Shown: in pieces, positions 1 to 8,661 of the stretch
How positions within the stretch are numbered: the first letter of the stretch is position 1
How the letters are laid out: each line of letters starts with the position of its first letter
Translations under genes and position numbers: made by a program
Notes under the pieces: generated by a model
What the model saw: the letters and a program-made list of their open reading frames with translations, nothing else
What the model was told of the DNA's origin: nothing
Database searches by the model: none
NCBI GenBank assembly: GCA_963749415.1
Contig: CAVVMG010000001.1
Span: forward strand, 300,367 to 364,366
Length of the DNA: 64,000 nucleotides
Source of the DNA: an uncultured Acidobacteriota bacterium
GTDB lineage: Bacteria > Actinomycetota > Acidimicrobiia > Spongiisociales > ZC4RG35
Direction of reading: 5' to 3'

Positions 1-240
1 CACCAACTCGCTCAAGGCCGTGTTTTCGGCGTCCGAGGATGACCAGCCCCACAGGCTGAGCTCGACTCCCTCCAGCGACCCCTCGGCCATGGTCGTGGCG
101 GCACCCCCGGCGGTGGTGGCTGCACCGCCCTCGGTTGTCTCAGTGCCACCGGCGGTGGTCGTGTCCACTCCCCCGCTATCGCCGCAGGCGGCGATGAAAG
201 CCAAAAGGAGCGTCAGGACCACAAGCGTCCTGTATCTCAT
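1..240 (-). CDS. Sugar ABC transporter substrate-binding lipoprotein, N-terminal part (gene continues beyond the window start)
   Basis: Minus-strand ATG at 240..238. Translation is MRYRTLVVLTLLLAFIAACGDSGG..., a lipoprotein signal peptide with lipobox, followed by a Thr/Gly linker and ...LSLWGWSSSD typical of family-1 sugar-binding proteins. Lies 2 nt downstream of the GH65 stop. Confidence 0.5.
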   Translation of the reverse strand, partial: MRYRTLVVLTLLLAFIAACGDSGGVDTTTAGGTETTEGGAATTAGGAATTMAEGSLEGVELSLWGWSSSDAENTALSELV

Positions 241-242
241 AC

Positions 243-2400
243 TTATCCTCCTCCGTTGTGGTCGGACCGTGGGGCAATTGCCTCACGGTCCGGCTTGCCT
301 CCACGGACTTCTCTCTCGTGCCGGTTGCCCCGGTGCACGAAGGAGAAGCCCAGGGAATCCCAATGATCCGGGAGCCGGGGTGTGGTTTGGGGACCTCCCG
401 CGGTGAGACGGAGGCCGCCGAATCCGAGCAGCGCCGCCTGCAACAGGCCGCCCTGGGTGGCGGCGTGGATGCCGTGGCTGGAGTTGCCCATCGAGTCGTC
501 GAGATCGATGGCGGCGGCGCGCCGAAAGAAGTCATATGCCTGATCGGGACGCATCGCGAGAGACGCGGCGAGTGAGTAGACGGCCAGGCTCAGTGAGGAG
601 CCGTGGTCGGTGCGAGCGGCGTAATAGTCGAGATTCGCGCCGATCAGTTCCGAGGACCGATAGGCATCGAGCAGCACCATTCCCATCACCACGTCGGCCT
701 GTTTGGTGATCTGGCTCCGCTCCAGGCGCTTGTCCCCGAGGATCGCCTGGAGGGACCACCTCCTTGGCTCAAAGTGCGATAGCTCGACCTGGTCGAGGTC
801 GAAGTATCCGTCGTGTTCCTCGAAGACGCCGTTTTCTCCGGGCCCCGGTTCGAGGCCGTCGGCGAGAACGTTGTAGGCGTCCTCCCAGCCGGTGGCCAGA
901 CCGAGTCGGGAGACGAGGGCATCGCGGTCGTGTGTGGCGAGCTCGGCAGCGTGGCGGACCGCGGTTCGCAGATGCCAGGCGGCCATGGCGTTGGTGAAGA
1001 AATTGTCGTCGATGTCGACGTGGTACTCGTTGGGCCCGATCACATGACGCAGATGGCCCCTGCCGTCAGACCCGATCTCGATCCGACCTTGCCAGTAGCG
1101 GGCTCCGTCGACCGTCATCTCCGCCCCTTGCTCGGTCAGGAACTCTCGGTCGTCGGTCCAACTCACGTAATGGTCGACGGCATAGGCGACGTCGGCGACG
1201 ATGTGCTCCTCGATCTCACCAGTGCGGATCCGGACCCGCTCCCCGTCGGGGGTCTCTCCCCAATCCGGAGTGACCTCGTCGCCGGTGCCGGCCGATTCCC
1301 ATGCATAGAAGGCTCCGGACCGCCCGTAGTTAGCTGCCTTTCGCCTCGCTCCGTCGAGACCGTGGTAGCGGTACTCGAGATGCGCCCGCGCCAGGTCGGG
1401 CTGAGTCATGGTGAGATAGGGCACGACGAAAATGTCCGCGTCCCAGAAGACATGGTGCCGGTAGCCGTAGCCGGAGAGAAGCCTGGCGCCCACTCCCGCC
1501 CGCTCCGAGGATCGTGGCGCCCCGCCGATGAGATGGAAGGCGCCGAAACGGAGGGCAAGTTCGGCCCCGGGATCGCCCGAAACATCGACCCGACTCGTCT
1601 CCCAACGTCGGGCCCACTCCGCGGCGGAGTCGGCGACGACCTGGTCGAAGGAGACGGCAGGCATCTTTACCGACTGCACTCCCTTGTCTCGCGAGTAGAC
1701 CGCGTATTTGGTGAAGCCAAGCCTGTCCCCTTGGGCCAGATCGAGGGTCGCGTTGAGACGAGGATGGCTGGCGTGGTTGGTCAACTCGAGGGGACCGATG
1801 CCAGACACGACGCAGGTGGCGGTGACCGAGGCCAGGCCATCATCGGACTCAGCCCACATGGAGAGCTGGTCGGCGGCGGTTCGCTCCCAGTCGAGGCGTC
1901 GCCACGGCGCTCCGAACGGGCCGATGATCGAGCCGTCGAGACCGGTCTCGATCCCGATCTGCACGTCATCGGTGAGTGAGGTGATCTGCACCTCCATCGC
2001 CGCTAGTGCGGGGTCGGCCATGGAGAGGAGGCGACGGAACTCAACCCGAATGACACCGGTCCCTGGTCCGCGCCACACAACCCGCCGCGTGAGGACTCCC
2101 GTCCTGAAGTCGAGGATTCGCTCGTAACCTGCCGGTGGTTGCTGGTCGAGCCGGAAGCGCACACCGTCGACCGTGATCGAGACCCCGGTCCAATCGGGCA
2201 ATGGGGCGAGATAGGGCAGGTCCCCGAGCGGGGTTGACAAACAGACCGTGCATGAACGTGGCCGGAACCGAGTCCCCATATCCCTCCTCAAAAGTGCCTC
2301 TGGTACCGAGACGTCCATTGGCCACGCTGAATAGGGACTCTTTCCACGAGATCCGCTCCGGCCAAATCCGATCCTCGGTCAGGAGCCAGGTATCGATCAT
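243..2400 (-). pseudogene. Glycoside hydrolase family 65 phosphorylase (kojibiose/trehalose/maltose phosphorylase-like), split by a frameshift near 2222-2233
   Basis: The N-terminal ORF 2041..2400 (..FSVANGRLGTRGTFEEGYGD..ATFMHGLFVNP) and the main ORF 243..2318 (..LGDLPYLAPLPDWTGVSITVDGVRF.. HVFWDADIFVVPYL.. FYAWESAGTGDEVTP..) are consecutive parts of one GH65 protein in different frames. The join lies in a C4/G4 homopolymer. Confidence 0.8.
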
Positions 2401-3422
2401 CCCGGGCTCTCCGCGTTGTGCAGCGAGCTGTCCCGGACCACCAACTCTGGCTCGATCAGGTCCGAGCGACGGATGGGCTCGTCGTCCTCGAGGTGGTTCA
2501 CGAGGAACTCCACGATCCGCCGCCCGATTTCCTCGATCGGCTGCCGAACCGAGGTGATACCGGGCGTGCTGTAGACGGCAGGGGGCGAGTCGTCGAAGCC
2601 GGTGACCGCCACGTCCCGACCGGGGCGCAGGCCCCTGCTGTGTAGCTCGGCGATCACACCAGCAGCGAGAACATCCTGGACAGTGGCAATCGCGGTTGGA
2701 GGGGGGACGGTGTCGAGGAGATGAGATGCCGCTTTCCGTCCCGCGGCGAGACCGGTCTCGGTTCGAACGACGACGCCAGGATCGAGCTCGAGGCCGGCCA
2801 TGTTCAGTCCTTGTGCATAGCCGGCAGCTCGGTCGTCGCCCGATAGCGAGCCTTCGGGCCAGGCGATCAAAGCGATACGGCTGTGGCCCTGGTCAACGAG
2901 ATGCTTGACCGCGGCCCGGGTCCCGGCCCGGCCGTCGACATCCACCCAGGAGTGGCCGTCGGCGAGGTCGGTTCGCCCGAATGTGACGATGGGAATCCCA
3001 GCCCCGAGAAGGATGCGGACCCGCTCGTCGTCATGGACGGTGCCGGAGAGCACGAAACCGTCCACGGCCCCGCGCCTCATGATCTCACGGTAGGAATCGG
3101 TCTCGCTCTGACCGCGGTGTGGGGTGAACAAGAGGATGTCCATGCCTGCATCGGAAGCGCGCTCGGTGACCTGGTGGAGAAAGGTGTCGAGTGCGAAGCC
3201 GTCGCGTCCAGCCGGGATGCAATAGCCGATGGTGAACGTGCGCCCCTTGGGAAGGGCGCTGGCAGCTCGGTTGGGTCGATAGCCGAGCTGGTCAGCGGTC
3301 TCGATCACCCTCCGTCTCGTTTCAGGGGCGACCTTCTCCGGCGCGTTGAGCGCGTTGGAAACGGTGGAGACGGACACCCCGGAGGCCCGGCTCACGTCCT
3401 TGATCGTGGTGCGGGAGCTCAC
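2397..3422 (-). CDS. LacI-family transcriptional regulator
   Basis: N-terminal HTH TIKDVSRASGVSVSTVSNALN followed by a periplasmic-binding-protein-like sugar-binding core. It overlaps the GH65 start by 4 nt. Confidence 0.9.
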   Translation of the reverse strand: MSSRTTIKDVSRASGVSVSTVSNALNAPEKVAPETRRRVIETADQLGYRPNRAASALPKGRTFTIGYCIPAGRDGFALDTFLHQVTERASDAGMDILLFTPHRGQSETDSYREIMRRGAVDGFVLSGTVHDDERVRILLGAGIPIVTFGRTDLADGHSWVDVDGRAGTRAAVKHLVDQGHSRIALIAWPEGSLSGDDRAAGYAQGLNMAGLELDPGVVVRTETGLAAGRKAASHLLDTVPPPTAIATVQDVLAAGVIAELHSRGLRPGRDVAVTGFDDSPPAVYSTPGITSVRQPIEEIGRRIVEFLVNHLEDDEPIRRSDLIEPELVVRDSSLHNAESPG

Positions 3423-3425
3423 ATC

Positions 3426-3461
3426 AAAAACGTTTTACATGAACGTCTAAAACGTTTTTAC
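3426..3461. promoter_or_regulatory. Pair of LacI-type operator palindromes (AAAACGTTTT and TAAAACGTTTTTA) about two helical turns apart at the lacI start
   Basis: A perfect 10-bp palindrome at 3427-3436 and a near-palindrome at 3448-3460, centred on a CG as in LacI/GalR operators, lie immediately upstream of or overlapping the LacI start codon. Confidence 0.5.
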
Positions 3462-3521
3462 AAGGGTTCCTTGGTGGTGTCAACGGTGCGGCAACCCCGG
3501 CGATCGACCTCCCCGAGAAGG

Positions 3522-3891
3522 TCAGGCGGATCCGTAGGCGTAGGCGCTTTGCAGAAGCTCGCCCAGCCACTCGCTCTCGGCGTCGTCCTTGGAGCGGATC
3601 ACGATCTGATGGTTCCAGCGGGACCGGCCGACCTGTTGGATGCTGGCGCACGTGATCACTTGGAACCTCATGGTCCAGAGCCAACATGAGGTGAGGGACG
3701 CCGTCGGGGTTCTTCTTGCTCACGTTGTACAGCCAGAACCAGGCGAACTTGCGGTTGACGCCGAAGCTGATCTGTGAGGCGACGCTCACCTCGCACGATC
3801 CCAAGGCCGCGATCCGGTCGGCGATGACCCGGAAGGTCGCCAACGATTCCGGCTTGCCCGCGAAGTACTTCTCGATCGAGGCATCGGCCAT
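3522..3891 (-). pseudogene. DUF5655-like small protein, frameshifted near 3650-3670
   Basis: The first frame reads MADASIEKYFAGKPESLATFRVIADRIAALG...VPHLMLALDHE. The conserved C-terminus (FQVITCASIQQVGRSRWNHQIVIRSKDDAESEWLGELLQSAYAYGSA*) is in the +1 frame and ends at 3522. The listed ORF otherwise runs on through the LacI operator region. Confidence 0.55.
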
Positions 3892-4019
3892 GGCCGTCTA
3901 CTCCCTCGCCGCCTAGCCGCGCCGGTCGCGGGTCGTCACCGGCGAACCCGGTAGCGCAAGTGAAGCACCCGCGCGTCCACCATCACCAAGCGACCTTGAA
4001 GGGGGGCCTCGTCGCACAC

Positions 4020-4490
4020 CTATTGGTCGACCGACCACCTCTGAGTTGAGGGCATGGGCACGTCACCGTAACCGTGGCATCGGGCCTCACTCAGCTGGAA
4101 CTCGAACAGGATGTAGCGGTCGATCGGCGTGTAGGTCGAAGCCTCGGCAACATGGGACCACATGTCCGGATCGTCCACGGCGAGCCCACGGCCGGTGGCG
4201 CAGAACTCGCCTCCGGAGCCTGCATTGTCCGGGACTCCGTTGTGCAAGGCGAACCATCCACGTTCCAGGAGATCCTTCCTCTTGGGAGAAGTCGGCTCCA
4301 TGTACAGGAATAGCCCGGCGTCCGTGAAGATCGGCGTCACCGGATGAACTCGAGGGGCGCCCGACCGGCGAACTGTCGCCAGATAGGCAGGCACTGCGGT
4401 CAACCTGTCCGCCCCGAAACGTGCCAGTTCGGGCTCACGTTCCGCGAACTCCCCCCAGCTGATCGTCTGCGGCAATCCCGTGTCCGACAC
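4020..4490 (-). CDS. Pyridoxamine 5'-phosphate oxidase-family (PPOX / F420-dependent-type split-barrel) protein
   Basis: The C-terminal 150 aa of ORF 4020..4829 (..RSGAPRVHPVTPIFTDAGLFLYMEPTSPKRKDLLERGWFALHNG..) match the FMN-binding split-barrel family. A GTG start near 4490 is inferred. The upstream part of the ORF is Arg/Pro-rich non-coding read-through. Confidence 0.5.
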   Translation of the reverse strand: MSDTGLPQTISWGEFAEREPELARFGADRLTAVPAYLATVRRSGAPRVHPVTPIFTDAGLFLYMEPTSPKRKDLLERGWFALHNGVPDNAGSGGEFCATGRGLAVDDPDMWSHVAEASTYTPIDRYILFEFQLSEARCHGYGDVPMPSTQRWSVDQ

Positions 4491-4518
4491 GCCCCGCTCG
4501 CCTCTCAATGATCCGCTT

Positions 4519-4923
4519 CTAGCCCTGCTCGATGCGGAGCATGTTGCCCGCCGGGTCGCGCACGGCGGCGTCGCGGGCACCCCAGAACTGGTCGGCGGGC
4601 TCTGAGAGCACTTCGACGCCCGGCGCGGCGGCCACCTTCTCGAATGTCTCGTCGAGGTCGTCGGAGCGGAAGAAAACGGAGCCCAGCTCTCCCTTGGCGA
4701 GCAGTGCTGCGATGGCGTCACCGTCCTCCTGAGAACGACCGGCCTGGGGTTGCGACAACACGATCTGGATCTCGGGCTGGCTGTCGGTGGCCAGGGTGAT
4801 CCAGCGGAAGCCGCCGTTCTCGACCTCATTGGTCACCTCGAGACCAAGGGTGTCCCGGTAGAAGCCGAGGGCGGCGTCGGGATCGTCGACAAGGATGTGC
4901 ACGTGGCTTATTGAAACGGTCAT
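4519..4923 (-). CDS. VOC-family (glyoxalase/bleomycin-resistance/dioxygenase) protein
   Basis: MTVSISHVHILVDDPDAALGFYRDTLGLEV...GNMLRIEQG. ATG at 4923..4921. Confidence 0.8.
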   Translation of the reverse strand: MTVSISHVHILVDDPDAALGFYRDTLGLEVTNEVENGGFRWITLATDSQPEIQIVLSQPQAGRSQEDGDAIAALLAKGELGSVFFRSDDLDETFEKVAAAPGVEVLSEPADQFWGARDAAVRDPAGNMLRIEQG

Positions 4924-4933
4924 GACCGTGACC

Positions 4934-5389
4934 CTACGTGCGGGCGACGAACGTTGCTTCTCCGAAACTGCTCGATTCCGAAGAGCGATAGTCGTAACGG
5001 CGCGGCCGGGTCGCCACCATCGTCTGGCAAGAGGGGATTGCTCGAACCTCGTCGTGGTCTCGGGCCCGATAGGCGCTCGGCGTCTCTCCGACCAGCTCGG
5101 TGAACCGGGCGGAGAAGGAGCCGAGGCTGGTGCAACCCACCGCAAAGCAGACCTCGGTCACACTCATGTCACCCCGACGCAGCAGGGCCTTCGCCCGCTC
5201 GATGCGCCGGGTCATGAGGTAGGAGTAGGGCGTCTCGGAGTACGCGGCGCGGAAACGGCGGCTGAAGTGCGCCGGCGACATGAGCGCAGTTCGGGCGAGC
5301 GCTGGGACGTCGAGCGGCTGGGCGTACTCTCGATCCATCCGGTCTCGGGCTCGTCGCAGCAGACGCAGCTCGTCGAGGTCGGCGCTCAC
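4934..5389 (-). CDS. AraC-family transcriptional regulator (HTH domain)
   Basis: ..LMSPAHFSRRFRAAYSETPYSYLMTRRIERAKALLRRGDMSVTEVCFAVGCTSLGSFSARF.. are the AraC dual HTH motifs. Confidence 0.75.
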   Translation of the reverse strand: MSADLDELRLLRRARDRMDREYAQPLDVPALARTALMSPAHFSRRFRAAYSETPYSYLMTRRIERAKALLRRGDMSVTEVCFAVGCTSLGSFSARFTELVGETPSAYRARDHDEVRAIPSCQTMVATRPRRYDYRSSESSSFGEATFVART

Positions 5390-5510
5390 ACATCCAGCCT
5401 AAACGTCGATCTGGACAGCCCATGCCCACGGCGCGATCGAGCAGGATCGGAGAAGCATCCGCCCCCCTTCACCCGTACTGTCGGTTACGACTGGTATAGG
5501 AGGTCAAGAG

Positions 5511-5957
5511 ATGAGCACCACGAAACAGACCCGTGCGGACGGCTTCTCCGAGGCAGAGCGTGACGCCATGAGGGCGCGTGCCCAGGAACTGAAGGCGCAG
5601 GGCCGCAGCGGCGCGAAGAAGGCCGACAACGAGCGCGCCGTGCTCGACGCGATCGCCGAGATGCCGGATGCCGACCGCGCGGTCGCCGAACGCATCCATG
5701 CACTCGTAACCACGCACGCCCCGGCCCTTCTGCCCAGGACCTGGTACGGCATGCCCGCCTACGCGAAGGAGGACGGCAAGCTCGTTTGCTTCTTCAAGGC
5801 CGCTTCCAAGTTCGACGGCCGCTACGCGATGTTGGGATTCGAAGACGCGGCCGCTCTCGACGACGGCCCGATGTGGCCGGTCGTGTTCGCGATCGTCGAA
5901 TGGACCCCCGCCGTCGAGAAGAAGGTCGTGGCGCTGGTCAAGTCCGCAACCGCCTGA
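5511..5957 (+). CDS. DUF1801 (YdhG / iron-chaperone-like) domain protein
   Basis: ATG with AGGAGG RBS. ..WYGMPAYAKEDGKLVCFFKAASKFDGRYAMLGF.. is the DUF1801 signature. Confidence 0.75.
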   Translation: MSTTKQTRADGFSEAERDAMRARAQELKAQGRSGAKKADNERAVLDAIAEMPDADRAVAERIHALVTTHAPALLPRTWYGMPAYAKEDGKLVCFFKAASKFDGRYAMLGFEDAAALDDGPMWPVVFAIVEWTPAVEKKVVALVKSATA

Positions 5958-6011
5958 GCGTCGCCGCCCGGCTTCAGAAATGGCCGAGAACGTTGCGCGT
6001 GCGCCGCACGC

Positions 6012-6437
6012 TCACGTCTCGGCGGACTCGGCGGCGTGCTTCATGTCCTGCGCCTCGCTGGTCATGTAACGGGTGGTGAGGCCCCTGAACATTGCGACGA
6101 CCGGGATCATCAGTCCTCGCATATCCAGGGTCAGCGTCAAGCGAGAGCGGTCTCCCTCCAGCGCCTCGACGCGATGGCCCGCCACGCTGGCGACGCCGCC
6201 GGACTTCTGGCGCATCTCGAAGTAAGACGGGGCGTCCCATACGGTGATGTCCCATGTGCTCTCTCCCAGCTTCGGCTGCTTGAGGCGAACACGGCTGCCC
6301 TTCGCCACAGGAGCGGGCGTGAGCAGCTCCGCGACGTCGACCGTTTCGATGCGCCGCGGCCACGCTTCGATGTCGCTGAGCACCTCCCAGACGCGCTGCT
6401 GCCCGGCGTCGATATCAATGGATTCCTCAAAGTGCAT
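6012..6437 (-). CDS. SRPBCC-family (polyketide cyclase/START-like) protein
   Basis: MHFEESIDIDAGQQRVWEVLSDIEAWPRR... matches the Bet v1-like SRPBCC fold. Confidence 0.7.
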   Translation of the reverse strand: MHFEESIDIDAGQQRVWEVLSDIEAWPRRIETVDVAELLTPAPVAKGSRVRLKQPKLGESTWDITVWDAPSYFEMRQKSGGVASVAGHRVEALEGDRSRLTLTLDMRGLMIPVVAMFRGLTTRYMTSEAQDMKHAAESAET

Positions 6438-6554
6438 GTCGGACGGTCACCTCGAAGGTTGCTCACGCAAGAGCAGTCGGGGAAGGTTAGTTGTGACAAC
6501 GGATGTGGGATGGGGTCCGGCATGGGTTGCTCCACGGCCGGGCGGTAACAAGCG

Positions 6555-6582
6555 AAAAACCCAGGCGATGCCTGGGTTTTTC
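6555..6582. terminator. Rho-independent terminator hairpin (AAAAACCCAGGC-GAT-GCCTGGGTTTTT) downstream of tRNA-Met
   Basis: Perfect 7-bp GC-rich stem flanked by A5 and T5, usable in both orientations. It lies 6 nt after the tRNA 3' end. Confidence 0.5.
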
Positions 6583-6587
6583 TGGAG

Positions 6588-6661
<74 letters not shown>

Positions 6662-6719
6662 TCGCTTGTGAAGTTCTGATTGTACGGCGCACCCGGGCCT
6701 ACGACAACAGGCGGCCTGC

Positions 6720-7112
6720 TCAGCCCGCGGCTGTTCGCTCGGCGACGATGCGTAGTAACTCGGCCCATACGTGAGGCATCTCCGCCCTGAGCGCCGTCAC
6801 CTCCGGCCCATACATGACGATGGCTTCCACCGGACTGGTAGCAACCACGGTTGCTGTCCTGATGTGGGTCTTGAGAACGCCGATCTCGCCCACGACGTCG
6901 CCCGGGCCCATTTGTGCAATCACCTGACCGGCCTGGAGAACGTCCGCGGTGCCTGTTTTGATGACGAACATCTCGTAGGCGAGGGCACCTTGATTGACGA
7001 TGGATGTGCCCTCCTCGAGGCTGACTTCGTCGGCATGCTCGGCGATCACCGCGCGCTCCCTACGAGGGAGAGTGGCGAAGAGCGGGATCGTGTCCAGACC
7101 GGCGACATCCAT
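6720..7112 (-). CDS. Cyclic-nucleotide-binding domain protein
   Basis: ..GTSIVNQGALAYEMFVIKTGTADVL...GPGDVVGEIGVL.. is a CAP/Crp-type cNMP-binding fold with no DNA-binding domain. Confidence 0.7.
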   Translation of the reverse strand: MDVAGLDTIPLFATLPRRERAVIAEHADEVSLEEGTSIVNQGALAYEMFVIKTGTADVLQAGQVIAQMGPGDVVGEIGVLKTHIRTATVVATSPVEAIVMYGPEVTALRAEMPHVWAELLRIVAERTAAG

Positions 7113-7164
7113 CGGTGACCTCCGATCGGAGGCTAGTTCTCTGACGCGGGGCGCGCCCTATTGC

Positions 7165-7539
7165 TCAGAGTCCCTCCGACACCCACCCCGAGATGCTGGC
7201 GGCGTGCCCGTCAGGGTCGCGGAAGTGGGCCGCAAGCAGGTTACGGGAGCCGTCACCGGTGACCACCCGGGGCTCGATCTCGAATGGCACCCCGCGTCCG
7301 AGCAGTTCCGCGTAGGTGGCATGGATGTCCTCGACCTCCAGGACCACCTCCGTAAGAGAGGAATCGTCGATGGGGCCGTCGACGCCGTTGAGAGCGAGCT
7401 GTATCGAGCCGCCGTCGAGAAAGGCGAACGCCTCGAACCGGCCAAGGAGAGGCAAACCGACCTTTTCCGACCAGAAGTCCACGGCGCGGTCGAGGTCGGT
7501 GGTGCGCAGGATGAGGTTCGAGACCTTCATCCTGCGCAA
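7165..7539 (-). CDS. VOC-family (glyoxalase-like) protein
   Basis: MKVSNLILRTTDLDRAVDFWSEKVGLPLLGRFEAFAFL... Confidence 0.75.
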   Translation of the reverse strand: MRRMKVSNLILRTTDLDRAVDFWSEKVGLPLLGRFEAFAFLDGGSIQLALNGVDGPIDDSSLTEVVLEVEDIHATYAELLGRGVPFEIEPRVVTGDGSRNLLAAHFRDPDGHAASISGWVSEGL

Positions 7540-7548
7540 GCTACAGAT

Positions 7549-7686
7549 CTAGCCGAGCTCGTCCCACCAGATGGCGATCATCGAATAGACCCCGATGACC
7601 ACCATGAGGATCCCGGCTACCACTGCCACCACGTTCAAGAGCAACCCCATGGTGACATCATCGGAAACCGGGGTGACAGATTCCAT
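7549..7686 (-). CDS. Small hydrophobic protein, 45 aa (MESVTPVSDDVTMGLLLNVVAVVAGILMVVIGVYSMIAIWWDELG)
   Basis: ATG-initiated ORF below the six-frame size cut-off with a single predicted TM helix. It lies between the VOC gene and infA. Confidence 0.3.
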   Translation of the reverse strand: MESVTPVSDDVTMGLLLNVVAVVAGILMVVIGVYSMIAIWWDELG

Positions 7687-7723
7687 AGACCGTTGAACCT
7701 ATTTCGGTGCCGAAACGGCGGGT

Positions 7724-7951
7724 TCAGCGATAGCGCCAGACGATGCGACCTCGGGTCGGGTCATATGTCGAGACCTCGACGTCGACGGTGTCCCCGGGAA
7801 GCACCCTGATCCCCCGACCCCGGCGCATCCGACCGGACGGCTTGGCGAGCAACTCGAATCCACTCTCCAGCTTCACCTCGAAGGTGGAGTCAGGAAGCAT
7901 CTTCACGACCGTGCCGCGCATTCGTATGTATTCGTCTTCGTCTTTGGCCAT
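7724..7951 (-). CDS. infA: Translation initiation factor IF-1
   Basis: MAKDEDEYIRMRGTVVKMLPDSTFEVKLESGFELLAKPSGRMRRGRGIRVLPGDTVDVEVSTYDPTRGRIVWRYR is the S1-like IF-1. ATG at 7951..7949. Confidence 0.9.
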   Translation of the reverse strand: MAKDEDEYIRMRGTVVKMLPDSTFEVKLESGFELLAKPSGRMRRGRGIRVLPGDTVDVEVSTYDPTRGRIVWRYR

Positions 7952-8009
7952 GAATTCCTGGGGAGGGTGCGTCATGGTAGGGGTAGCGCACGCCATTTGA
8001 GAATGTGGG

Positions 8010-8411
8010 TCATGCGGCGACCAGTCGGAGGTCGGAAACGGCTGCGATCCGGATGAAATCGGAGTCCGCCGCCAGCAATGGCACATCCTTCCCCATCGCA
8101 ACCGCCGCGATCAACAAGTCGTGGCTGTTTGCCGGGGTGAACCCCGCCCGCCGGCAGCGGTGATAGAGGTCGGCGGCGACCTCGTAGTCGAACAGGGGGC
8201 GGGTGGGCAACATCGTGCACCAGTTCATGGTCGCCCATATCTTGTCCTGCGCCTGTCGGGTGGTAGCCCCCTCGAGCAGCTCCATGATCACGACATCGGT
8301 GGTGGCCACACGCCTACCGGACTGCAGCCATTTCCTCAAAGCGACATTCGTCTCGGATCCGGTTCGCCGCAAGTACTCCACCCACGCCGAGGTGTCCACG
8401 AGGACGGTCAC
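8010..8411 (-). CDS. vapC: PIN-domain toxin VapC
   Basis: [20 protein letters not shown]...MELLEGA...[22 protein letters not shown] is a PIN fold with its acidic residues. The GTG start overlaps the vapB stop (GTGA). Confidence 0.8.
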   Translation of the reverse strand: MTVLVDTSAWVEYLRRTGSETNVALRKWLQSGRRVATTDVVIMELLEGATTRQAQDKIWATMNWCTMLPTRPLFDYEVAADLYHRCRRAGFTPANSHDLLIAAVAMGKDVPLLAADSDFIRIAAVSDLRLVAA

Positions 8412-8626
8412 TCGATCTCCTCGATGACCACCACTCCCCCGCGAATCTCGGCGAGATCGCCATCCCAACCGGCCCCCTCCATGGCCAGCACGTCCTCCCT
8501 GGTGAAAACAGTGCCCACCATCCGACGCAGGGCGAGGTCGACCGCCTCTTTCTTGGTCTTCAGGCCGTAGCGCTCCATGACCTTCCCCACGAGTTGATCG
8601 TCGATGTCGATGTTCGTCCTGCCCAT
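8408..8626 (-). CDS. vapB: VapB-family antitoxin (ribbon-helix-helix, [10 protein letters not shown] type)
   Basis: [38 protein letters not shown].. is the type II antitoxin family found with VapC. Longer alternative start at 8644. Confidence 0.75.
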   Translation of the reverse strand: MGRTNIDIDDQLVGKVMERYGLKTKKEAVDLALRRMVGTVFTREDVLAMEGAGWDGDLAEIRGGVVVIEEIE

Positions 8627-8661
8627 ATACACCATCATACACATCGAGGTGTATGGATTCG

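Noticed and set aside
813-1979. 388-aa plus-strand ORF, with similar long ORFs at 6994..7809, 20459..22432, 34443..35462, 57471..58403, 58533..59267 and others
   Set aside because: They lie antisense to well-supported genes (GH65, fadD, ClC, sulfatase). Their translations are Arg/Gly/Pro-rich low-complexity sequence typical of high-GC antisense frames, and they match no family.
2222-2233. Possibility that the GH65 and other frameshifts are programmed ribosomal frameshifts
   Set aside because: There is no slippery heptamer or downstream pseudoknot. The shifts sit in simple C/G/A/T runs and occur in more than 12 unrelated genes, so indel error is the parsimonious explanation.
4490-4829. N-terminal 113 aa of ORF 4020..4829 (MRSRTAASAGSPWPP...)
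   Set aside because: Arg/Ser/Pro-rich and not protein-like, and it overlaps the VOC gene 4519..4923 on the same strand in another frame. The real PPOX-like gene is taken to start near 4490.
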